DNA of 64,000 nucleotides from Octopus bimaculoides (lineage: Eukaryota). The stretch's first letter is position 1; the number at the start of each line of letters is the position of its first letter. The stretch spans positions 3,981,362 through 4,045,361 of the forward strand of contig NC_068991.1 of assembly GCF_001194135.2 (NCBI RefSeq). Direction: 5' to 3'. Below are positions 52,674 to 64,000 of this stretch, in pieces. The position numbers were made by a program, and so were the translations under genes. The notes beneath the pieces are model-generated. The model made no database searches. It was not told the DNA's origin and saw only the letters and a program-made list of their open reading frames with translations.

Positions 52674-53413
52674 CATCATCATCCTCATCATCATCATTAG
52701 TAGCAGCATGACTGTATGTATTGAAATATCTAACTTATATTCTACATCTCACATTTTTTTGTTTGCTTTTTGCGACCAAACAGTAATTCCATACCAATTT
52801 TACTTAATACTTATCAATGTCTGAACAGTTATTATTGTACATGACCGCTAAAGCCTTTGAACTATTACAATTATTAATCTCGCTTGACACGGCATCAACA
52901 TGAAACACATTTTACAGTAAAGTGCTATTAAACCTTACTTTCAATATTCCATTTTCTTCTCCACTTTATTTCAACCGTATATTCGACATCTCACTCTTGT
53001 TGTTCGTATTTCTTGTTTGACAATCGCCTTTCATATGCCAGGGGAATCTCTATAAATATTCGCGTACGTATGTATATACATACATGTATTCATACATGCA
53101 AGCAAGCATGTATATATATAAATATGTGTGCGTATCTGTGTTTTAACACGCACTCAGAAACACATATAATGGTGTACAACCATAAAATTATCATCTCTCA
53201 TTCTTCTATTTCTGTGTATATATACGCATGTATATATGTTTGTATGTAAATATGTAAGTATATACATACAAAAAAAAACACGCAAACACACACACACACG
53301 CAGACACATATGTATACTTAATAACTATATACATATAACATATACGTACGTAAACATACAAGTATACCCATCTACCTCTCTCTCTTTCAGTCTCCCTCTG
53401 ACTACACACATAC

Positions 53414-53464
<51 letters not shown>

Positions 53465-55369
53465 CTCTATAATTGTATATACATATATATATACATATAT
53501 ATATATATATATGCATACACACACATTTATATATACATATATATATATAGATATAGCTATACATATATACATATATTCATATATTTATATATATNNNNNN
53601 NNNNNNNNNNNNNNNNNNNNNNNNNNNNNNNNNNNNNNNNNNNNNNNNNNNNNNNNNNNNNNNNNNNNNNNNNNNNNNNNNNNNNNNNNNNNNNNNNNNN
53701 NNNNNNNNNNNNNNNNNNNNNNNNNNNNNNNNNNNNNNNNNNNNNNNNNNNNNNNNNNNNNNNNNNNNNNNNNNNNNNNNNNNNNNNNNNNNNNNNNNNN
53801 NNNNNNNNNNNNNNNNNNNNNNNNNNNNNNNNNNNNNNNNNNNNNNNNNNNNNNNNNNNNNNNNNNNNNNNNNNNNNNNNNNNNNNNNNNNNNNNNNNNN
53901 NNNNNNNNNNNNNNNNNNNNNNNNNNNNNNNNNNNNNNNNNNNNNNNNNNNNNNNNNNNNNNNNNNNNNNNNNNNNNNNNNNNNNNNNNNNNNNNNNNNN
54001 NNNNNNNNNNNNNNNNNNNNNNNNNNNNNNNNNNNNNNNNNNNNNNNNNNNNNNNNNNNNNNNNNNNNNNNNNNNNNNNNNNNNNNNNNNNNNNNNNNNN
54101 NNNNNNNNNNNNNNNNNNNNNNNNNNNNNNNNNNNNNNNNNNNNNNNNNNNNNNNNNNNNNNNNNNNNNNNNNNNNNNNNNNNNNNNNNNNNNNNNNNNN
54201 NNNNNNNNNNNNNNNNNNNNNNNNNNNNNNNNNNNNNNNNNNNNNNNNNNNNNNNNNNNNNNNNNNNNNNNNNNNNNNNNNNNNNNNNNNNNNNNNNNNN
54301 NNNNNNNNNNNNNNNNNNNNNNNNNNNNNNNNNNNNNNNNNNNNNNNNNNNNNNNNNNNNNNNNNNNNNNNNNNNNNNNNNNNNNNNNNNNNNNNNNNNN
54401 NNNNNNNNNNNNNNNNNNNNNNNNNNNNNNNNNNNNNNNNNNNNNNNNNNNNNNNNNNNNNNNNNNNNNNNNNNNNNNNNNNNNNNNNNNNNNNNNNNNN
54501 NNNNNNNNNNNNNNNNNNNNNNNNNNNNNNNNNNNNNNNNNNNNNNNNNNNNNNNNNNNNNNNNNNNNNNNNNNNNNNNNNNNNNNGAGTACAGATCAAA
54601 AGCCAAGCTTAGTAGATCTATTGTACTTTCTTTTTATTTTTACTCCATTTTACGCCGTTACATACTTTTAATTAGCATTTATATATTTCTAGCTGATAGT
54701 TGTTCGTGCGCTTTTTGGTCCCAAATTTTGTCGTTAAAAACTAAGTGGAAAATAAATGAAAAATACAAAAAGAAAACAAAAAGACGAAGAAAAAGGGATA
54801 TTAGAATTTATATTTATTTTGGCCAAAAGCTTCTTTCAGAAAGATCCAGAAATTCGCAATATTTCTTTGGTAGATGTCGTCGTTTAGAAATTTATTTTGT
54901 TTTATATGTCTATCTCATCCAAAGTTTTATTTTCCTACGTGAGTTGTTTAATGCGCATGCGTGCCCATGTGTGTGTTTCGACGTAGGTGGGAGTAGTTTT
55001 AACTGCCTGTATGTATTTCATTTGGATTTGCATGTACAACTGTGTATGTAGGTGTGTGTATGTGTGTGCGTGTGTGTATTGATATAGTAATTTATGTATA
55101 AGTGTACATATGCATCGGTGTTGCGTTAAGGAGTATGCGTACGCACGTGATGTGTACGCACGTGTGCGTATGTGTTTGAATGAGATGCATGCATGTGTGC
55201 GAGATGGGTAACGTGTGTGGATTTAAAGGAAGTCTTAAGTAGTCTCTTTGGTTTACTCGTACATGTGTTTGAATCTTTGCAACACGGTGATTTTACATGA
55301 CTTCAGATGTACATGCATCTTTTGCATATGTCTGTAATGTGCACGGGTATATGTATATACAGATGTATA

Positions 55370-55408
<39 letters not shown>

Positions 55409-57782
55409 NNNNNNNNNNNNNNNNNNNNNNNNNNNNNNNNNNNNNNNNNNNNNNNNNNNNNNNNNNNNNNNNNNNNNNNNNNNNNNNNNNNNNNNNNNNN
55501 NNNNNNNNNNNNNNNNNNNNNNNNNNNNNNNNNNNNNNNNNNNNNNNNNNNNNNNNNNNNNNNNNNNNNNNNNNNNNNNNNNNNNNNNNNNNNNNNNNNN
55601 NNNNNNNNNNNNNNNNNNNNNNNNNNNNNNNNNNNNNNNNNNNNNNNNNNNNNNNNNNNNNNNNNNNNNNNNNNNNNNNNNNNNNNNNNNNNNNNNNNNN
55701 NNNNNNNNNNNNNNNNNNNNNNNNNNNNNNNNNNNNNNNNNNNNNNNNNNNNNNNNNNNNNNNNNNNNNNNNNNNNNNNNNNNNNNNNNNNNNNNNNNNN
55801 NNNNNNNNNNNNNNNNNNNNNNNNNNNNNNNNNNNNNNNNNNNNNNNNNNNNNNNNNNNNNNNNNNNNNNNNNNNNNNNNNNNNNNNNNNNNNNNNNNNN
55901 NNNNNNNNNNNNNNNNTATATATATATATATATTCAATATGTGTGTATATGGGTATATGTCTATATATGTAAATGTACAAAGATATTCTATGGGTATGTA
56001 TACATAGTTGTCTGCGTGTATATTTGTTTGTTTGTGTGTATGTGTGTGTATGTGTGTGTGTGTGTGTGTGAAATAGAGATATATAGGAGAGCAAGTGTCG
56101 TAGAAAAAATGCAGTTTCGTATATAATCACATTTAAGTTACCTAACACATGACATAGACAAAGATAAACTTTTTGCTTGAACACACAGAAACATAGAGAC
56201 GTATAGACAACCTCGCACAAACACACACACACACTCAAAAACATACATACATATACACATACATATATACATACATAACCGTAGAAGACAATCTTGGGAA
56301 CTAGTAAAAAAAAAGCTAGATGGTATAATGAAGTCATAAATTTATTATTTTCAATTTCATGAAGAAAGTGTCGGACACTTAGCGAAGTGAAATGTCTTGC
56401 GAAAATCTCTCAGCAGACATATTTGTTTTTACAGGAACGGTAATTAACTGTAATTTATGTGTTTTCAATGGCTGGAGAGCGGTGATAATTGGTGATTTCA
56501 GGAAAATGGGTTTTAACAATGGACGTTATCTTGGCTTTTTGCATCTTTCGTTTTGGTTCGATTTTTAACATTTCTTCATCATTTGGAATTGTCTATATTG
56601 TTTTTGCGTAAGTGATGTCTACACGCTTACATACATTCATGCGTAGATTCGTATATAAAAAAATACTCTCACGTACGTATGTATGTATGGATGTATAGAG
56701 GTATGCAAACACAGATAGTCATATACACAGGGGTAAATACACATACGGGTACCCTAATGCTTACACAACTCTTTTAGTTTGCCTTATTCATCATAGCCAA
56801 GGCCAGGTGTGTGTGTGGGGGGGTGTCAGTGAACATATATACACATGCACTAACTACACATACATAAACACTCGCCCATTAAACACACATATAAGTACAT
56901 ACACATAACATATATATATATATATATATNNNNNNNNNNNNNNNNNNNNNNNNNNNNNNNNNNNNNNNNNNNNNNNNNNNNNNNNNNNNNNNNNNNNNNN
57001 NNNNNNNNNNNNNNNNNNNNNNNNNNNNNNNNNNNNNNNNNNNNNNNNNNNNNNNNNNNNNNNNNNNNNNNNNNNNNNNNNNNNNNNNNNNNNNNNNNNN
57101 NNNNNNNNNNNNNNNNNNNNNNNNNNNNNNNNNNNNNNNNNNNNNNNNNNNNNNNNNNNNNNNNNNNNNNNNNNNNNNNNNNNNNNNNNNNNNNNNNNNN
57201 NNNNNNNNNNNNNNNNNNNNNNNNNNNNNNNNNNNNNNNNNNNNNNNNNNNNNNNNNNNNNNNNNNNNNNNNNNNNNNNNNNNNNNNNNNNNNNNNNNNN
57301 NNNNNNNNNNNNNNNNNNNNNNNNNNNNNNNNNNNNNNNNNNNNNNNNNNNNNNNNNNNNNNNNNNNNNNNACATATATATATACGTACAAAAACGAGTC
57401 AGGGAAACATGATATGGATACACGATAATTTTACGCTGTAAATAAATATACATTGCAGGAAAAAAAGAAAACAATCTTGAATTCATTAGATAAGAAATTT
57501 CTCAACTTAAAGTAAACAATATGTAACAATATTCGTATACATCACCCGAAGATTGCAATTTTCTTGAATATTTTTAACTAGTTTCAGACATTGGGCTGCG
57601 ATTCTATTGATACAGAAACTTGAAGATAGGAAGAAGTGTTGTTGCGTGTGCTTAAGAGCTTCTGTATAAGCTACAAAGCATTGGTGGTACCACGGCCTGA
57701 ATGATACCCAGATAAACCCATTGGGCAAGTTAAACGATCGGGTAAGGATGTGAAGATTCTTGAAGTGTTCTTTTATTAAGAT

Positions 57783-58085
57783 AGTTCTATATCGGTCACT
57801 CATGGTGAACCGCTAAGTTACGGGGACCTAAATACACCAGCATCGGTTGTCAAGCGATGTTGGGGGGACAAACACAAACACACAAACTCACACACACACA
57901 TATATACATATATATATATATACGACGAGCTTCTTTCAGTTTCCGTCTACCAAATCCACTCACAAGGATTTGGTCGGCCCGAGGCTATAGTAGAAGACAC
58001 TTGCCCAAGGTGCGACGCAGTGGGACTGAACCCGGAATTATGTGGCTGGTGGCAAGCTACTTACCACACAGCCACTCCTGCGCCT
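57783..58085 (-). mobile_element. SINE family 2 copy with intact head
   Basis: GAACCGCTAAGTTACGGGG...CACTTGCCCAAGGTG...GGGACTGAACCCGG...CTTACCACACAGCCACTCCTGCGCCTA. Confidence 0.88.
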
Positions 58086-58209
58086 ATAGTTATTAACTTA
58101 TTGATTTGTTTATTACTTTGACATTTTTTGATAGGGCAGAATTTCGCCAAAATCTCTTCATTCCTCTTAGTCATTGACTAATGTTTCATTAATATCGTGT
58201 TGTCATGTC

Positions 58210-58345
58210 AGTTCTTTCAGCAATAACATTTTCTCTGTACACAACGCAAATGTCTCGAGCGGCAACAGTGACTTTGCAACCACGATTGAAATGGCCGAGA
58301 AGCAGGTGTTTCATTTTTGTTCTCTACTTGGCTCTCAATCGTCAT
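58210..58345 (-). mobile_element. Mariner transposase N-terminal fragment
   Basis: Minus strand: MTIESQVE (frameshift) KHLLLGHFNRGCKVTVAARDICVVYRENVIAERT, matching the mariner N-terminal HTH pattern HLLLFxFNRGxKAxxAARDICxVYGE. Confidence 0.8.
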
Positions 58346-58552
58346 ATATCTTAAAAGTGGTAAAATTTATTAATATAAAAAAATAAATTAAAACTAAACA
58401 CAAAACAACGATAGAACAAAACTTGTAGAGCTAAATAAAATAATAAAAACGCTATGGTAAAATATTTCTCCTGTTAATTCAGATAAAATTGGACAACAAC
58501 GAGTGAATTTATATGAAAACACAATACTATGAACTGTACAGCAAAAAAGTTT

Positions 58553-58693
58553 ACATTATTTACATTTGACGGACATTTGTCTTCATCTTGTTTGTTGTTA
58601 ACACAACGTTTCGATTGATATACCCTCCAGCCTTTATCACGTGTCTTGGGGGAAATTTCGAACCTGGGTTCTCATTCCTAAGCTATTTTTCGA

Positions 58694-58756
<63 letters not shown>

Positions 58757-58757
58757 G
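58553..58757 (-). mobile_element. Family-4 SINE lacking its head (stops at the internal (TAA)n)
   Basis: Same body as 17283-17548: GGAATGAGAACCCAGGTTCGAAATTTCCCCAAGACAC...GAAACGTTGTGTTAAC...TGTAAATAATGTAA. Confidence 0.82.
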
Positions 58758-59216
58758 TGAGATATTTAAACAACTAAGACATAATAAAGAAGTAATATTG
58801 CACCAGTGCGTGTGTTATTATTGGCTTAATAGCCTTCCCACAATAAGATATCAAGCGCAAACAGATTTTAAACTTTTCAATAAAGATTACCGTTTTAATA
58901 TACAATGTAATTTCTCAACTCCTTTGTAAATTATGAAAAGATATTAATATTCAAATTGGCCTACAAGAACTATTTATGGCTTGTCACTGAGATTAATTGG
59001 TTAGTGACTAGTAATTACGTGTGTTAGAAATAAGTCCGACGGGAAATCAAAGTAGATTTAGATATAGAATGGTAGATGTAGGTCACTGATAATAGTTGGG
59101 TTGTAATTCTCTTTATAGGCCATAAATATACACGGGTTTTGCTTTATAAAGGGTATCTACAGCAGAAACTCTATCAAATAGGCCTCAACAGCAGAACATT
59201 TATGGCGCAATATATA

Positions 59217-59379
59217 GTGCGTGGTTGTGTGGTAAGAACTTTGATTCCCAAACCATATGGTTCCGGGTTCAGTCCACTGCGTGGTACCTTGGTCGTGTAT
59301 TTTCTACTATAAGTCTACCCACAAGACCGACCGAAGCCATATGAATTCACCTGGAAGACGGAACCTGAAAGAAGCCTGT

Positions 59380-59380
<1 letters not shown>
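59217..59380 (+). mobile_element. SINE family 2, 5' half
   Basis: GTGGTTGTGTGGTAAG...ATGGTTCCGGGTTCAGTCCACTGCGTGGTACCTTGG...GAAAGAAGCCTGTC. Confidence 0.75.
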
Positions 59381-59416
<36 letters not shown>

Positions 59417-60349
59417 NNNNNNNNNNNNNNNNNNNNNNNNNNNNNNNNNNNNNNNNNNNNNNNNNNNNNNNNNNNNNNNNNNNNNNNNNNNNNNNNNNNN
59501 NNNNNNNNNNNNNNNNNNNNNNNNNNNNNNNNNNNNNNNNNNNNNNNNNNNNNNNNNNNNNNNNNNNNNNNNNNNNNNNNNNNNNNNNNNNNNNNNNNNN
59601 NNNNNNNNNNNNNNNNNNNNNNNNNNNNNNNNNNNNNNNNNNNNNNNNNNNNNNNNNNNNNNNNNNNNNNNNNNNNNNNNNNNNNNNNNNNNNNNNNNNN
59701 NNNNNNNNNNNNNNNNNNNNNNNNNNNNNNNNNNNNNNNNNNNNNNNNNNNNNNNNNNNNNNNNNNNNNNNNNNNNNNNNNNNNNNNNNNNNNNNNNNNN
59801 NNNNNNNNNNNNNNNNNNNNNNNNNNNNNNNNNNNNNNNNNNNNNNNNNNNNNNNNNNNNNNNNNNNNNNNNNNNNNNNNNNNNNNNNNNNNNNNNNNNN
59901 NNNNNNNNNNNNNNNNNNNNNNNNNNNNNNNNNNNNNNNNNNNNNNNNNNNNNNNNNNNNNNNNNNNNNNNNNNNNNNNNNNNNNNNNNNNNNNNNNNNN
60001 NNNNNNNNNNNNNNNNNNNNNNNNNNNNNNNNNNNNNNNNNNNNNNNNNNNNNNNNNNNNNNNNNNNNNNNNNNNNNNNNNNNNNNNNNNNNNNNNNNNN
60101 NNNNNNNNNNNNNNNNNNNNNNNNNNNNNNNNNNNNNNNNNNNNNNNNNNNNNNNNNNNNNNNNNNNNNNNNNNNNNNNNNNNNNNNNNNNNNNNNNNNN
60201 NNNNNNNNNNNNNNNNNNNNNNNNNNNNNNNNNNNNNNNNNNNNNNNNNNNNNNNNNNNNNNNNNNNNNNNNNNNNNNNNNNNNNNNNNNNNNNNNNNNN
60301 NNNNNNNNNNNNNNNNNNNNNNNNNNNNNNNNNNNNNNNNNNNNNNNNN

Positions 60350-60387
<38 letters not shown>

Positions 60388-60512
60388 TGTGTGTGTGTGT
60401 GTGTGTGTGTACCAGAGTAAGCACATAAATGTGAAAGAAGGTGGGGTAAAATACTACTCGAATACCGGAGATAGAATAATATATTTTATAATCAAAGCAA
60501 AAATATCACAAA

Positions 60513-60554
60513 AACTGCTACCCAGAGATTCACGTTTCCGTTCGTCGGGCAGTT
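60513..60554 (-). ncRNA. Degenerate type-I hammerhead-ribozyme-like motif
   Basis: Minus: AACUGC-CCGACGA-ACG(GAAA)CGU-GAAU-CUCUGG-GUA-GCAGUU. Perfect 6-bp stem I, GNRA-capped stem II, GUA triplet, two core substitutions (U4C, A15.1U). Confidence 0.55.
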
Positions 60555-60602
60555 GTGATCCAGCATGGAATAATTTGTGATCCAGAATGGAATAATTATT
60601 CA

Positions 60603-60650
<48 letters not shown>

Positions 60651-60780
60651 GTCTGTCTGTCTGTCTGTCTGTCTGTATGTCTGTCTGTTTGTATGTCTAC
60701 CTATCTATGTACTTATCTATCTATCCATATGTCTGTCTACGTACGTATGTATGTATCTTTCTAAACACACACACATACAG

Positions 60781-60997
60781 AACCGTTAGCACACCGGGCG
60801 AAATGCTTAGCGGTATTTCGTCTGCCCGCTTCGTTCTGAGTTCAAATTCCGCCGAGGTCGACTTTGACTTTCATCCTTTCGGGGTCGATTAAATAAGTAC
60901 CAGTTACGCACTGGGGTCGATATAATCGATTTAATCCGTTTGTCTGTCCTTGTTTGTCCCCTCTGTGTGTAGCCTCTTGTGGGTAGTAAAGAAATAA
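60781..60997 (+). mobile_element. SINE family 1 copy
   Basis: CGTTAGCACACCGGGCGAAATGCTTAGCGGTATTTCG...CTTTCATCCTTTCGGGGTCGATTAAATAAGTACCAG...GTAAAGAAATAA. Confidence 0.88.
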
Positions 60998-61210
60998 CAC
61001 ACACACACACACACACACATACATATGTACACGTGTGTATATAACTCTATCTATATACATATTCATATATGTACACATATATAAATATTTATGAATTAAT
61101 GTGCATATATACATAAACACACACACACACAACATACTCATATACGTATAAATGCAAGCCTACATATGTATATATTATATATATAAAGAGTTTGTGTTTG
61201 TGTTTGTGTG

Positions 61211-61253
<43 letters not shown>

Positions 61254-62871
61254 TTGCGTGCGTTTGCGTGTCTGTAAGTGTGTTTACTGTGTTGATGTTT
61301 GTATTTATATAAATTTATATATTTGAAACAGTATCTTTTTTATATTATTTCAAATATTTCATCTCTGCGAACATAACAACAAAATGATTGCCGACTCTTG
61401 AACGTAATTAAGAACATTATTAAAATATATTGATTTCTTCTTAGTTGCCGTTAGTTCATGTTATGATGTGTATTATTGTGATAGTTTCATTAAGAGAGAC
61501 AGTTCCATTCTCAGATAATTATCCAACAATTTTAAAGCAACTCTCTCCCTTCATACCTCGAAACCCCATCAGCCGCCGCTCTTTCCCGACATCATTATAT
61601 CATCCACCATCCACCTTGAATGGATGGTCGGTTTCCTTCCAGGTTATGGGCCACTATTATGTTTGTTGTATTTTCTTGTTTCATAATCGTATGCCTTATA
61701 TTAGAGAACAAAACACATTAAATTAACATTACGCTATAATAATAACAGAACTAATTAAATGTATAAGTGTATGTGTGTACCTGTGCTTATATGTATGAAT
61801 GTGCATGTATATGAATACACACATACACACGCACATATCAACGTATGTATGTATATATATATATATNNNNNNNNNNNNNNNNNNNNNNNNNNNNNNNNNN
61901 NNNNNNNNNNNNNNNNNNNNNNNNNNNNNNNNNNNNNNNNNNNNNNNNNNNNNNNNNNNNNNNNNNNNNNNNNNNNNNNNNNNNNNNNNNNNNNNNNNNN
62001 NNNNNNNNNNNNNNNNNNNNNNNNNNNNNNNNNNNNNNNNNNNNNNNNNNNNNNNNNNNNNNNNNNNNNNNNNNNNNNNNNNNNNNNNNNNNNNNNNNNN
62101 NNNNNNNNNNNNNNNNNNNNNNNNNNNNNNNNNNNNNNNNNNNNNNNNNNNNNNNNNNNNNNNNNNNNNNNNNNNNNNNNNNNNNNNNNNNNNNNNNNNN
62201 NNNNNNNNNNNNNNNNNNNNNNNNNNNNNNNNNNNNNNNNNNNNNNNNNNNNNNNNNNNNNNNNNNNNNNNNNNNNNNNNNNNNNNNNNNNNNNNNNNNN
62301 NNNNNNNNNNNNNNNNNNNNNNNNNNNNNNNNNNNNNNNNNNNNNNNNNNNNNNNNNNNNNNNNNNNNNNNNNNNNNNNNNNNNNNNNNNNNNNNNNNNN
62401 NNNNNNNNNNNNNNNNNNNNNNNNNNNNNNNNNNNNNNNNNNNNNNNNNNNNNNNNNNNNNNNNNNNNNNNNNNNNNNNNNNNNNNNNNNNNNNNNNNNN
62501 TATATATATATATACATATATATATAAACACAAAGTGATAAAGAGCGGTAGAGCAAGAGAGACAGAGCAAGAGTGACAGAGAGAAATGCATGCATTGGTA
62601 TAAACACAAATGCGTGCGTGCACACGCATGCACATCAAGGAAAAAGTTGGAATTACCTGAAAATAATAAGATTGTATTCGATAATTAATGACGTCACTTC
62701 CAATCGAGAAACAGGTTTGAAAACATTATTATATGTAACACTCGAAAATTTGCATCGTGGAATCTTGCATTTAATAGAGGAATACTGTTTTGTTAGGCAT
62801 TTCTAAAATCAAAGTTTTGGAATGTAACATGCACCCTGCTCTGTTCCCAAATCCGTAGTATTAGCTTTCGA

Positions 62872-62985
62872 GGTTGAGTGGCTTACTGGTTAGGGTACTC
62901 CCCTCATGATCCCTGGGTGCTGCGTTAGATTCCCGGTGGTACGTTGTGTTCAGGAGCAAGAAATTTTATGTCACCATGCTACCAT
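62872..62985 (+). mobile_element. Degenerate tRNA-derived SINE head (family-3-like)
   Basis: GTGGCTTACTGGTTAGGG...GTTAGATTCCCGG...GTTGTGTTCAGGAGCAAGAAATTTTAT parallels 4381-4480. Confidence 0.55.
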
Positions 62986-63961
62986 CGAATCAACTCGCAA
63001 AAATGAAGATTTCAAATCTGGGAAATAGTTCCCAGATTTCGCCCTGGGAACTATGTTAGGAGTACTCGTATCTGAGGAGTGACCAGTTACTTTCACATTA
63101 ATTTCCCGAGAGATCTGTTCCGTTGATCGAATCAACGGGAACATTAATCCTATGAGTAGCCAACAATATTCAGGACAGCGTATATCTGTTCTCGATCGGA
63201 TGATGACATGTTCCTTCCGTCTTTGAATCGGAAGGAATCTCTCTGAGATTTTTTGGTACCCAGGGTTGAGTAGGGAGAATGTAATGAAATTGATTCTAAA
63301 TATCAACAAAAGAGACAATTATAAACAACATAGGGGCGTCCGTCAATATTGTCTCTGTACACCCCTAAATACAAGCTCAAATACAGAACACACCTATGTT
63401 ATTCAACCGAACTGCATAAATTTCACGGAATAAGAAACGAAAAGAAGACAACGATTGTGTTCACGAGTTAGACTTAGAGATAAGACCCATTTTTATCTGA
63501 ATCGTGTTTATATTCCAAAAACATGGATTAAATGAGATAAATGATATTATTGGATTTCTAGCCGATGCTTGTGTTTTAAGTATGAAATATACCTTACAGG
63601 GAGTTTCCGTCTTCTAGTTGCAATGATAATCCAAGTTAATCGCAGCATTTCAGCTTGCTCTATTAGGTATGTGGAAAGCTAAACTAAAAATAAATATAAA
63701 CAGAGACACATATAATGGGAAAGTTTAATAACTACGCCGACACGATGACTCCTCGGCATTGTTTTTCGATTCGAAGTATTCCATACGAGATAATAAAGAC
63801 GATAAATGAATTAAGTGTGTATTGTCTAAAGCGGTGTCTTGTTTTAGAACAAAGCAAGGAATATTAATAGTATTATGATGTTGCACAAACACAGCGAATA
63901 TATATGTATATATATATATTTGTGTCTATGCATCCCGTCTGCATCCCCACCCACATATATA

Positions 63962-64000
<39 letters not shown>

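Overview
AT-rich eukaryotic genomic DNA from a short-read scaffold. Roughly one-fifth is N, and most gaps abut (TA)n or (CA)n microsatellites. The repeat landscape (several very abundant tRNA-derived SINE families, dense di/tri/tetranucleotide microsatellites, mariner relics) looks like a cephalopod, most likely Octopus; this is an inference from repeat style. The only confidently recognisable host gene is the first coding exon of a testis-specific Ser/Thr kinase (TSSK family, minus strand, 5972-5685). Almost all other ORFs in the track are microsatellite or N artefacts. Mobile DNA includes one full-length decayed mariner with both TIRs and TA TSDs, three further mariner fragments, two long foldback MITEs, the 3' end of an R4/Dong-type LINE sitting in a (TAA)n tract, hAT and pogo ends, and about 25 SINE copies. 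The most unusual signal is a set of hammerhead-ribozyme-like motifs from four unrelated repeat contexts. One is built into the 3' end of a tRNA-headed SINE, which suggests a Pol III SINE / Penelope-type ribozyme chimera. All alignments and folds were done by eye, and SINE boundaries are approximate (about +/-10 bp).
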